A stretch of 40,810 nt of DNA from an uncultured bacterium (lineage in GTDB: Bacteria > SAR324 > NAC60-12), in NCBI GenBank assembly GCA_965662845.1, contig CBFIJD010000030.1:1-40810 (forward strand), read 5' to 3'. A program made the translations under genes and the position numbers. Numbering within the stretch: the first letter of the stretch is position 1; each line of letters starts with the position of its first letter. Below, one piece after another: positions 1 through 8,723 of the stretch. The notes beneath the pieces are model-generated. The model had not been told where the DNA came from, ran no database searches, and worked only from the letters and a program-made list of their open reading frames with translations.

Positions 1-32
1 CGAAGATTATTGAAATGTACCAAAGGAGAACC

Positions 33-191
33 ATGGGACAAGTACGAAAAAAGGTAACCTTAAAAAACAATCTGGATGTCGTCGCCTGTCTGCTTGGAGT
101 GAAGACTCAAGAAGACATTCGCCAAAGCGAAAAAGAGCGTGGTGGGAGCATAGTCGACAATATGTTTTTTATATTCGGAAGTAATTTTTAA
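33..191 (+). pseudogene. Short ORF (52 aa) resembling the N-terminus of a clan AA (retropepsin-like, AF_0612-type) aspartyl protease; truncated or degenerate
   Basis: AAGGAG RBS at 23-28 and ATG at 33. Translates MGQVRKKVTLKNNLDVVACLLGVKTQEDIRQSE..., similar to the family's MGxVxxxVTLxNxxD...xxIRxxE start. The expected LVDTGA catalytic motif is replaced by IVDNM, then TAA at 189-191. Too short for the ORF track. Confidence 0.45.
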
Positions 192-222
192 ATTTGCACA
201 AAAATTATTCTTAGGAAATCCG

Positions 223-953
223 ATGGAACGCGAAGAGCTCATTCAAACGATTCGAGATACCTTACCCGTCTTGTTGCAGGAAGAACCGACATTAAAAGAT
301 TGGGTTTTGCAGCTGACTCGCGGGCAGTACGCAGATCGTGAGCAAACCGAAAGTCGCTTTGATCTGCTTTTGGAAGAATTGCGTCTTGATCGAGAAGAAA
401 ACAAGCGAAAGTGGGACGAAGCGAAAGCAACAAAAAATGGGACGAAGTGAAAACAGAAAGCAACAAAAAATGGGACGAACAAAATCGAAAGTGGGACGAA
501 CAAAACCAGCAAAACAAAGACCTGCTCATTGAAATTCGGGAACAAAAGGAAAAGCTGGATCGAAAAATCGGAGGACTATGTGCCCGTTGGGGAATCGGTT
601 CAGAGTCCGCTTTTCGGAGTGCTTTAGCCGGAGTTCTCACCAAGAGCTTTGACGTGGAAGTCCTCAATGTGAATGAATACGACGACGAAGGGGAAGTGTT
701 CGGAAGACCTGATCAGGTCGAACTAGATATCATTATTCGTAATGGCTCCTTGTTGATTTTTGAATTAAAATCTTCGGCAGACCGTGCCCATCTTCATATT
801 TTTAGCCGCAAGATTGCTTTCTACGAAAAGCGGCATCAGCGCAAAGCGGATCGCAAAATTTTGATTTCGCCGTTTATTCATCCTCGTGCGGCGGAGTTAG
901 CTCCAGAGCTTGGGATTGAAATTTATGGCGACTCTACAGAAGTTCCTTTGTGA
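223..953 (+). pseudogene. DUF3782-type coiled-coil + PD-(D/E)xK nuclease-fold protein, split by a frameshift at about 421-438
   Basis: ORF 223..450 (MEREELIQTIRDTLPVLLQE...QTESRFD...KWDE) and ORF 411..953 (KWDE repeats, IGGLCARWG, GEVFGRPDQVELDIII...FELKSS) form the two halves of one typical DUF3782 protein in different frames. Confidence 0.8.
412..500 (+). repeat. Imperfect coding tandem repeat (TGGGACGAA core, KWDE) in the DUF3782 coiled coil
   Basis: TGGGACGAA at 412, 438, 471 and 492, with spacings of 26, 33 and 21 nt. Confidence 0.9.
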
Positions 954-1338
954 AATTGCTAAATACTGAACACTCCATAATTTCTGGAAAATTAGAATTT
1001 TGGGAGCATTACGCGGAGTATCACGGCTGGCGACATCCTGCATCGCGGGCATCCACAACTTGGTTACGGCAACAGTCAAAAGACTTTTTTGAATAGAGGG
1101 TCGTCACTTTTCAACCATGGTCGCCGAAGCTCCCAGCACTCCGGTCAGGCTTCCGGTCTTTTGTGGCACACCCCCTAGAAAACAAGCGGACGGCACTCGA
1201 AACACTCTCCCAGATTACCGATCTCTACGCCGACAACGTGCCCGATGCTTTGGCACGGTGGCACACGGTGACCCTGCGCTCTTCAGCACTTCATTATGGA
1301 GTATCGGGATCGTGAACCACTCCGCTTGGGAGTTGCCG

Positions 1339-2532
1339 CTACGCGACACGCCGCAGCAGCAGCCCTTTCAAATACTCGCCCTCCGAAAAATGTAACATCG
1401 CGGGATGATCGAGATCAGCGTGAAAGCTCTCCAGCACTTGCGCTGTGGCGCCGGCGTCCACCGCGCTCCCTGCGATGATCTTGCGGAACAACTCCGCGCT
1501 CACTCCTCCCGAACAGCTAAACGTCGCGAGCAAGCCGTTGGGGCGCAGCAGCTTCAGCGCCCACAGGTTGATGTCTTTATAGGCCCGAGAAGCGCGCTCG
1601 GCGTGCTGGGCTGTCGGCGCGAACTTGGGCGGATCCAGCACAATCAGGTCGAACTGTCGCGCCTGATCTCGGAACCGGCGGAGCTGCTGAAACACATCCG
1701 CTTGCAGCCACTCGCAACGGGCCTCATCGAGATGATTGTCCGTCACATTTTGCCGCGCCAAGGCCAAGGCTTCGGCAGAACTGTCCACGGAAACGACGGA
1801 CGTCGCGCCGTTTTGCAACGCCGAGAGCGAGAAGCCTCCGCTGTAGCAGAAGCAGTTCAAGACCTCTTTGTCGGCTGCGAGCGCCCCGACCCGCCTGCGA
1901 TTTTGGCGTTGATCCAGGTAGAAGCCCGTCTTCTGTCCAGAGACCACATCGACGCGGTACGAGATCCCGTGCTCTTCAATTTGGAGCGTCTCCGGCAGGC
2001 TCCCCGTGAGCAGCCCTGTGCGCGGTTCCAGACCTTCCAAAATGCGGACGTCGGCGTCTGAGCGCTCAAAGAGGTTCTCAATGCCGGTGAGCTCGGTGAG
2101 CAACGCTGGCAACTCGTCACGCCACGCTTCCATGCCTGCCGACAAAATCTGCACCACCAACACGTCTGCGTATCGATCGACTATCAAGCCGGGGAGTCCG
2201 TCGGCTTCGCTATGCACCAGGCGCTGCGCGTTCCCGCTGTGCGAGAGGGATCTCCGCTGCTGCAGAGCGTTAGCCAGCTTGGCGCGGAGCCAGTCTCGGT
2301 CAATCGACTCGTCTTCCTCGAAGCTCCAGAAGCGCAAACGAATTTGGGACTGCGGGCTCCACGCCGCCCACCCCAAAAACTGCTTGGTCGCGTCCACCAC
2401 GCGCACGACTTGTCCCGATGTGGGCTCGCCATCCACGCGGTCAATGGCGCCAGAGAACAGCCACGGATGGCGCTGTCGGGCAGACTTTTCGCGTTTGGGC
2501 TTGAGCTGAATGGTGAGCAGGGCAGCGGTCAT
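1339..2532 (-). CDS. rlmI: 23S rRNA (cytosine1962-C5) methyltransferase RlmI
   Basis: PUA-like N-terminus RHPWLFSGAI, ESDGLPG-like EADGLPGLIVDRY, GQKTGFYLDQR, VLNCFCYSGGFS, FDLIVLDPPKF, TFSCSG, EGEYLKG. Confidence 0.92.
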   Translation of the reverse strand: MTAALLTIQLKPKREKSARQRHPWLFSGAIDRVDGEPTSGQVVRVVDATKQFLGWAAWSPQSQIRLRFWSFEEDESIDRDWLRAKLANALQQRRSLSHSGNAQRLVHSEADGLPGLIVDRYADVLVVQILSAGMEAWRDELPALLTELTGIENLFERSDADVRILEGLEPRTGLLTGSLPETLQIEEHGISYRVDVVSGQKTGFYLDQRQNRRRVGALAADKEVLNCFCYSGGFSLSALQNGATSVVSVDSSAEALALARQNVTDNHLDEARCEWLQADVFQQLRRFRDQARQFDLIVLDPPKFAPTAQHAERASRAYKDINLWALKLLRPNGLLATFSCSGGVSAELFRKIIAGSAVDAGATAQVLESFHADLDHPAMLHFSEGEYLKGLLLRRVA

Positions 2533-2693
2533 GGTGTGGACTCAGTGAGGGCAAAGAAAAACGAGATGCTGCGCCGCAACATTTTCCGACAAAAAGTCGC
2601 CAAAACTTGCAGGGAAGGCACAACGCTAGCGCGGCAAGCGCGCAAAAAAAGTCGTAACCTTCTGTCTCTCCTCCCGAAATCGCAAGCTACGAA

Positions 2694-3809
2694 ATGGATC
2701 TCGCACGCAAGCGCTACTATCGACGCGGCGCCGTCTTATTGGCGGTGTGGCTCACCGTCTGGGTCAGCGTCACTCTCGTCTGGAACCACTTTGACATGGA
2801 TCGACGCATCATCGCCGAGGTCTGGTCTCCCGAAACAGGCTGGGCGCTGGGCAAACAAGAGCCGTGGGCTTGGCTGCACAAGTACGGCACAATGCCCGGC
2901 TTCTTGCTCACCTTTGCCCTGCTGGTCGTGTGGTATCGCTCCCTCCACTCACGCAAATGGGTACGCTTCCGCCGTTATTTTCTCCTCTACAGCCTGACCT
3001 CCATCGTCGGCGCGGGGCTGATCGTCAACGCGTTGCTCAAGGAATACACTGGGCGCCCTCGTCCGCGTGAAGTCATCGAATTTGGGGGACGCTGGGAATA
3101 CAAAGCCGCGCTGGAGTTAGGAACCGCCGGACAGGGGCAGTCCTTTCCGTGCGGACACTGCACGATGGGGTTTGTCTTCGCGTCAGGCGTGATGTTGTGG
3201 ACGACGTCTCCGCCGTTAGCGCTGGGTTTGCTTGGGGTGGGCCTCACGTATGGAACGATCGTCAGCACCGCTCGGTTGTTTCAAGGGGCGCATTACGTCA
3301 GTGACGCGTTCTGGTCGTTAGGCGTGTTGGGCGCGACCTTCATCGTGCTGTTCTTCTTTGTGCTGCAACCGCCGCTGTCTGAGCGAGAAGAGTTCCGGCC
3401 GCTGTCCCGACGCGAGAAGTGGCGCTTGGGGGGCGGCATCGCCGCGTTCTTGCTGGTGATGACCGCGCTATATCTGACACGCCGCCCCTTCTTTGAAGAG
3501 CACCGCAAAGGCGTGGACGTCGCAGAGTCCATTCAGCAACTTGAGATCCATTCGACCCTGACGGGGGATGAGTGGACGATTGAATATGTCCCCACAGCCC
3601 GCGTGCAGCTGTCGCTGCAAGCCTCTGGTTTCGCGTTCCCCCAATCAGAACACGAGCTGGCGTGGCGCGCTGAGGCGCGAGAGGAGACGCTGCGCTTGGT
3701 GGTTGAGACAGAATCTTTCGGTTATTTTTCTGAACTGCGCGAAGAGGCTGTGCTGCAAGTTCCAGAGCGTCTGCGCGAACACCTCACCTTCTCTGCCGAG
3801 CGCCCCTGA
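2694..3809 (+). CDS. PAP2-family membrane phosphatase (lipid A / lipid phosphate phosphatase-like) with C-terminal soluble extension
   Basis: PAP2 motifs C1 KEYTGRPRP, C2 SFPCGH and C3 ARLFQGAHYVSD; several TM segments. Confidence 0.85.
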   Translation: MDLARKRYYRRGAVLLAVWLTVWVSVTLVWNHFDMDRRIIAEVWSPETGWALGKQEPWAWLHKYGTMPGFLLTFALLVVWYRSLHSRKWVRFRRYFLLYSLTSIVGAGLIVNALLKEYTGRPRPREVIEFGGRWEYKAALELGTAGQGQSFPCGHCTMGFVFASGVMLWTTSPPLALGLLGVGLTYGTIVSTARLFQGAHYVSDAFWSLGVLGATFIVLFFFVLQPPLSEREEFRPLSRREKWRLGGGIAAFLLVMTALYLTRRPFFEEHRKGVDVAESIQQLEIHSTLTGDEWTIEYVPTARVQLSLQASGFAFPQSEHELAWRAEAREETLRLVVETESFGYFSELREEAVLQVPERLREHLTFSAERP

Positions 3810-4708
3810 TGCGTCGTCTGCTCAACATCCTCGTCGTGGACTCCATCCGCGAGCTGATCAAGTACAAATCCTTTTTTTTACTCGTTGCGGCGTTGTTGAT
3901 CGCAGATCGCGTGCTGCGCAGCTATGTGAGCGTGAGGCCGGAGGGGCTGTCGCTGCCGTCTGCGAACGACATGGACGCGGCGGCGGCGTGGGTGTTCACG
4001 GAGTCGGTCGGGTTGTTTGCGAGCTGGCTGCTGGACTGGCGCACGTTGTTGATCGGCGGGGTTTTGTTTGTGGCGAAGCAGATCACGTCGATGTGGCCGA
4101 CGAACGACATGCGGATGATGCATCGTCACGAAGGCGGTAAGATGCGTATTCTCCACTCGCTGCAGAGCCTGCGTTGGCAGCAGTTCGCTTGGGACGCGAT
4201 GGCGGTCTCGTCGGTGCTCACCCTGTCGGCGGTGTGGGGCGGAGTTGGATATTTGCTGGGGCTGTGGGTGTGGCAAACGACAGGGTCAGCGTTCAGTTTA
4301 TTGCTGCCTGGCGGAATGGTGGGGGTGGTCTGGCCGATTGGGATGGCGGGCTTCAGCTACTCGTCAAAGTTGGCGGTGTTGAGCAATGGCTTCCCTGAGA
4401 AAGCGCGGCTGTTCTTTCAGCTGTTCTCCAATCGGCGGGTGCTTCTCTATTCGTGGGTGTTTTATTTAGCGAGGATCTTCATCTCGTTGCTGTTTGTGCT
4501 GATCATCCCGATTTTTTCCATGCTGACGCTGGAGAATTTTCTGTTGCGCATCTTCATTGCGTCGATCTCAGCAGCGCCTGCCTATTCGTATGTGAAGATG
4601 GCCTCGTTCAAGTTCTTCTTAGAGGTCTATCGTCCCTATCCGGAGGTCCGACGAGAGTACGCCGCTTACTACAAGACCACCGCGACTCCTGAGGCGATGC
4701 CGACCTAG
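3809..4708 (+). CDS. Hypothetical polytopic membrane protein
   Basis: 299-aa ORF whose ATG overlaps the PAP2 stop (TGATG); about 6 hydrophobic segments; no recognised motif. Confidence 0.75.
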   Translation: MRRLLNILVVDSIRELIKYKSFFLLVAALLIADRVLRSYVSVRPEGLSLPSANDMDAAAAWVFTESVGLFASWLLDWRTLLIGGVLFVAKQITSMWPTNDMRMMHRHEGGKMRILHSLQSLRWQQFAWDAMAVSSVLTLSAVWGGVGYLLGLWVWQTTGSAFSLLLPGGMVGVVWPIGMAGFSYSSKLAVLSNGFPEKARLFFQLFSNRRVLLYSWVFYLARIFISLLFVLIIPIFSMLTLENFLLRIFIASISAAPAYSYVKMASFKFFLEVYRPYPEVRREYAAYYKTTATPEAMPT

Positions 4709-4770
4709 ACCTCGCTCTTTGGCGGCGGCACCGCACCGTTACCAGTGGTTGGCGAGGCGAACACCTTTGG

Positions 4771-6579
4771 CTACGCCAAGATCCGTGATGAAGGCGCCTC
4801 TAAGGAGAGCGGCAACCGCAGCGTGAAGACGCTGCCTCGACCGACCTGACTCTGCACCTCCACGCGGCCTTGATGCACCTGCATGATGTGCTTCACGATC
4901 GCCAATCCCAGCCCCGTTCCTCCCAGTTTTCGACTCCGCGCGGCGTCCACACGATAGAAGCGTTCAAACAGCCGCTCCAGATGCCGTGGGTCAATCCCGC
5001 AACCTTCGTCTGACACGCGCACTAGGCAATCTTCCTCCTCTAGCAAGACCTGAACATGGACAGTCTTTTCGGGGTCGCTGTATTTGATGGCGTTGTCGAT
5101 CAGGTTGATCAGCGCTTGCTCTATCAGTTGGGGGCTGACTTGCAACCGCAGATCTTCAGGGCAGCGCTGCTGAAGCTGGATGTTCTTCTCACGAGCTTTG
5201 AGTTCACAGGCTTGAATCGCCTGACGCACGAGTGGAGCGAGTCGTTCCGACCCCAAATGCAGCTCCATTTGCTCTTTGTATTCAATCTGTGAGAGCAACA
5301 GCAGATCGTTGATGATAGTGTTCAGACGATCCGCGTGCCGCATGATGATGTTGAGAAACCGTTGCGCGGTCTCTGGGTCTTCAACTGCGCCATCGCTCAG
5401 CGTTTCTACGGCCCCTTTGATCGAGGTGATCGGCGTTTTCAGCTCGTGAGACACATTGGCCACAAAGTCGCTGCGCACGTTCTCAAGGTGTTTGAGGCGG
5501 GTGATGTCGTTGAGCACAATCAAAGCGCCGATTTGCTTGCCCGTCACATCGCGCAGCGGGGTGCCGTGCGCTTGCAGGTGTCGCGCTTTGCCGTCTGGCC
5601 CGCGCAAGGTCAGGTCTCGTTCGAGTGAGCCTTCATGCTCCAGCGACTCATTCACAAAGTTGGTCAGGTGATAGTTGCGCACGACCAGGTGCAGGTCGCG
5701 GCCAATCGACGGTTCCCGCTGGATGCGAAACAAGCGGGCGGCGGCTCGATTGAGGTTCAAGACGCGGTGATAATTGTCCACAGCGAGGAAGCTCTCTTCC
5801 ATACTCGACAAAATGGCCTCTCGCTCGCTGCGCTGTTGCACGACCGCTTGAATCCGCTCGTTTAATTGCCGGGCCATGTCGTTCAGCGTCAACGCTAGCG
5901 CCCCCATCTCAATGGAATCGGGGACCGAAAGTTTGCGTTGTAGCTCTCCACGCGCGAAGCGTTCAGCGCCTTCTCGCAGCTCTTCTAGCGTGTTCCGAAA
6001 ACGCCCTGCCACCCAGAGACTGGCCAGCATGGTGAGTCCCAAAATCACCAAGACGCCGAAGAGCATGCGGATACGCAGGGCTTGCAAGGGCTCGTTGACA
6101 CTAGAGAGGGGGACCGACGTGCGAATGATGGCGTTGAGCGTGGCGGGTTCGACCCGAATCGGATAGGCGGCCCAGAGCGCCTCCTCGCCAAAGGCAGGGT
6201 TGAAGCGCAGGTCGATGAAGCGGGCGCCGCTGATCGCTGCGCGCACCTCAGGCCAACTGTATTCGTTGCGGCGTTCTTGGCTGTCGACAAATGAGTCGCC
6301 GAGGAGGTCTCCGTTGGGAGCAAGAATCGATACGTGCAGGCTGGTCAGTTCGCCGAGCTCTGAGCTTAGCAGGACGAAGTTGGTGTTCGATGACATTTGA
6401 ATCTGTCGCTTCAGACGCTCTGCGGCCAGCAACGTGCGCGCGCGGAGCTCGCTCTCGAGGCGCTCTAGCGCAAATTTTTGAAAGCTGTTGTCAATATACC
6501 ACGAGAGCAGGAGCAGGCCGAACAGGATGATGAACAGAAACGGGGGATAGAACTGCCAGAGGAGAGACCGTCTGGGCAT
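4771..6579 (-). CDS. phoR: Sensor histidine kinase, PhoR type (TM-HAMP-PAS-HisKA-HATPase)
   Basis: H-box DFVANVSHELKTP, N-box NLIDNAIKY, VSDEGCGI, LFERFYRVDAARSRKLGGTGLGLAIVKH. ATG at 6579 lies directly after the phoB stop. Confidence 0.85.
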   Translation of the reverse strand: MPRRSLLWQFYPPFLFIILFGLLLLSWYIDNSFQKFALERLESELRARTLLAAERLKRQIQMSSNTNFVLLSSELGELTSLHVSILAPNGDLLGDSFVDSQERRNEYSWPEVRAAISGARFIDLRFNPAFGEEALWAAYPIRVEPATLNAIIRTSVPLSSVNEPLQALRIRMLFGVLVILGLTMLASLWVAGRFRNTLEELREGAERFARGELQRKLSVPDSIEMGALALTLNDMARQLNERIQAVVQQRSEREAILSSMEESFLAVDNYHRVLNLNRAAARLFRIQREPSIGRDLHLVVRNYHLTNFVNESLEHEGSLERDLTLRGPDGKARHLQAHGTPLRDVTGKQIGALIVLNDITRLKHLENVRSDFVANVSHELKTPITSIKGAVETLSDGAVEDPETAQRFLNIIMRHADRLNTIINDLLLLSQIEYKEQMELHLGSERLAPLVRQAIQACELKAREKNIQLQQRCPEDLRLQVSPQLIEQALINLIDNAIKYSDPEKTVHVQVLLEEEDCLVRVSDEGCGIDPRHLERLFERFYRVDAARSRKLGGTGLGLAIVKHIMQVHQGRVEVQSQVGRGSVFTLRLPLSLEAPSSRILA

Positions 6580-6580
6580 G

Positions 6581-7273
6581 TTAGTCCTGCCCTTGAAAGC
6601 GATAGCCAATGCCGCGCACCGTCTCAATCAGGTGCCCCGCGTCGCCCAACTTTTTGCGGAGTCCCACGATCTGCACGTCAATCGCGCGGTCAGTCACCAC
6701 ATAGCTCTCGCCACGAATCGAGTCGATGATTTGATCTCGTGTGTAGACCCAACCAGGATGGCGGGCTAGAAAGTGCAGAATGCGAAACTCTGTGGGCGTG
6801 AGGGGGACCGGTTCACCCATGTGCAGGGCTTGGTGTCGCCCTGGGTGAATCTCTAATGCCCCGAGGCGGATCGTCGAGTCATCTTGCGGAAGCTCTCGCT
6901 GCCGTCGTCGCAGCACTGAGCCGAGACGCGCCAGCAGCACACGAGGACTGAACGGTTTCACGACGTAGTCATCTGCGCCCAACTCCAACCCGGTGACAAT
7001 GTCGGTTTCTTCGCCTTTGGCTGTCAACATCACCACCGGGATGCTCTGCGTTTTTTCGTCTTGTTTGAAGATTCGGCAGAGATCGAGACCGCTGATGCCT
7101 GGGAGCATCAAGTCGAGGAGGATAAGGTCGGGGGGCTGTTGACTCACCAGATGACGGGCTTCTTCGCCGCTGAGCGCTTCGCGGACACGATAGCCTTCTT
7201 TTTCGAGGTTGTAGCGGATGACCTCTAAAATATCCTCTTCGTCTTCCACAATGAGGATGCATTTCTTTGTCAT
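6581..7273 (-). CDS. phoB: OmpR/PhoB-family response regulator
   Basis: ILIVEDE, DLILLDLMLPG, MLTAKGEETDIVTGLELGADDY, DRAIDVQIVGLRKKL, IETVRGIGY. Start placed at ATG 7273. Confidence 0.85.
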   Translation of the reverse strand: MTKKCILIVEDEEDILEVIRYNLEKEGYRVREALSGEEARHLVSQQPPDLILLDLMLPGISGLDLCRIFKQDEKTQSIPVVMLTAKGEETDIVTGLELGADDYVVKPFSPRVLLARLGSVLRRRQRELPQDDSTIRLGALEIHPGRHQALHMGEPVPLTPTEFRILHFLARHPGWVYTRDQIIDSIRGESYVVTDRAIDVQIVGLRKKLGDAGHLIETVRGIGYRFQGQD

Positions 7274-7358
7274 AGCGACTCTGCTATAAGGGTGATTGGG
7301 AATGACGGAGGCCAGATTAGGGCTCCAGACGAAAAGACCAAGATGAAAAAAGGTGGAA

Positions 7359-8354
7359 ATGAATTTACCGACCCAAATGCGCGCGATCAGCGTGCGCAGT
7401 CCAGGAGGCCCCGAACAGCTCACGCTCGTGCAGTTGCCGTTGCCGGTTCCTCAAGCAGACGAGGTGCTGCTGCGTGTGACCGCCGCAGGTGTCAATCGAC
7501 CAGACCTCTTGCAACGAGAGGGGATGTATCCGCCTCCTGCCGGCGCTTCCCCAATACTGGGCTTAGAAGTCTCTGGCGAAATTGTCGCAGTCGGAGCGAA
7601 GGTCTCTGCTGAGCGCCTCGGCGAGCGCGTTTGTGCCTTACTGCCGGGGGGTGGCTACGCGGAGTATTGTGTGGCGCACGTGGGGCTATGCCTGCCGATC
7701 CCTGCAAAGGTCAGTGAACAAGACGCTGCGGGGTTGCCCGAGACCGCCTTCACGGTGTGGTCCAACGTTTTTGAGATCGGGAAGCTGCGAGCCGGTGAGC
7801 GACTGCTTGTGCATGGCGGCTCCAGCGGAATCGGCGTGATGGCGATTCAGTTGGCGAAGGCGCTGGGCGCGCAAGTGCTCGTCACCGCTGGGACTCAGGC
7901 AAAATGTGATTTTTGCGTAGAGTTAGGCGCCGACTTGGCCATTCCCTACCGGCAGCAAGACTTTGTGACCGAGGTGCAAGCCTTCACCGGAGGCTCAGGA
8001 GTCGACGTGATTTTGGATATGGTGGGAGGAGATTACATCGCCAAAAACGTGGAGTCGCTTGCCCAAGGTGGTCGGCTCGTGCAGATCGCGTTTTTGCAAG
8101 GCCCTCAAGCAGAGGTCAACTTTGTGCCCTTCCTGATGAAAGGCGTCACTATGACGGGGTCGACCTTACGCCCTCGCCCGGTGGCAGAGAAAGCCCGACT
8201 CGCGCGTGAGGTGCAGCGACACGTGGGGCCGTTGCTCGCCGCTCAAAAGGTGCGCCCAATCACTCACCAGACGTTTCCGTTAGCCGAAGCTGCAGAGGCT
8301 CATATAATGATGAAGCGCAGCGCTCATCTGGGCAAACTTCTCCTGACGTTTTGA
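7359..8354 (+). CDS. NAD(P)H-quinone oxidoreductase, PIG3 family (MDR superfamily)
   Basis: AAGVNRPDLLQREG-YPPP, LGLEVSG, GGGYAEY, LVHGGSSGIG, GSTLRPR, HLGKLLL. ATG at 7359 follows AAAGGTGG. Confidence 0.92.
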   Translation: MNLPTQMRAISVRSPGGPEQLTLVQLPLPVPQADEVLLRVTAAGVNRPDLLQREGMYPPPAGASPILGLEVSGEIVAVGAKVSAERLGERVCALLPGGGYAEYCVAHVGLCLPIPAKVSEQDAAGLPETAFTVWSNVFEIGKLRAGERLLVHGGSSGIGVMAIQLAKALGAQVLVTAGTQAKCDFCVELGADLAIPYRQQDFVTEVQAFTGGSGVDVILDMVGGDYIAKNVESLAQGGRLVQIAFLQGPQAEVNFVPFLMKGVTMTGSTLRPRPVAEKARLAREVQRHVGPLLAAQKVRPITHQTFPLAEAAEAHIMMKRSAHLGKLLLTF

Positions 8355-8471
8355 GACTCTTCTTCCCCAGCCCAACCGCATGACTCCTTGCTGATCTTGT
8401 GCGGTTGAAGTCCCTCTGCCTGCGACCAGGCATCTCCCCCCTCCAGACGCTCTCTGACAAGAGTTTTCTCA

Positions 8472-8723
8472 TTTTTGTTGTTCAAAATTTAATCAATACG
8501 AGCCACTAACCTGCATAAGTTTGCGCGGCCGTGTTGTGGCTCGAGCTTCGCGGCAAGTAGGCAAACAGGCTGACTTCAGCTGCAAATAACAACTTTGATA
8601 GCTATTCAGGGGTTGCTCTGCGTTTTGATTTAATAATTTTTATCTAAAATCTAATCAGCACAGAAATCTTAAATTTTGAGCAGAGGGGTCTCGCCTAATT
8701 TTTTGTTGTCCAAAATTTTTATT
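8472..8723. promoter_or_regulatory. AT-rich regulatory region with repeated TGxxCAAAATTTAAxCA-like boxes
   Basis: Boxes at 8479-8495, 8641-8657, 8666-8682 (reverse) and 8707-8723. A 19-nt direct repeat at 8472-8490 and 8700-8718 has one mismatch. Confidence 0.45.

Noticed and set aside
1117..1395. 92-aa ORF, and an alternative frame reading ..LENKRTALETLSQITDLYADNVPDALARW.., between DUF3782 and rlmI
   Set aside because: No recognisable family or RBS, and the 92-aa ORF overlaps the rlmI end; it cannot be supported as a gene.
2616..2630. Sigma54-like GG-N10-GC (AGGCACAACGCTAGC) upstream of the PAP2 gene
   Set aside because: The spacing fits, but both flanks deviate from TGGCAC/TTGC; too weak without TSS data.
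7274..7358. Pho box upstream of phoB
   Set aside because: The half-sites GTCAT and ATCAC are 10 nt apart rather than 11, and the flanks do not match.
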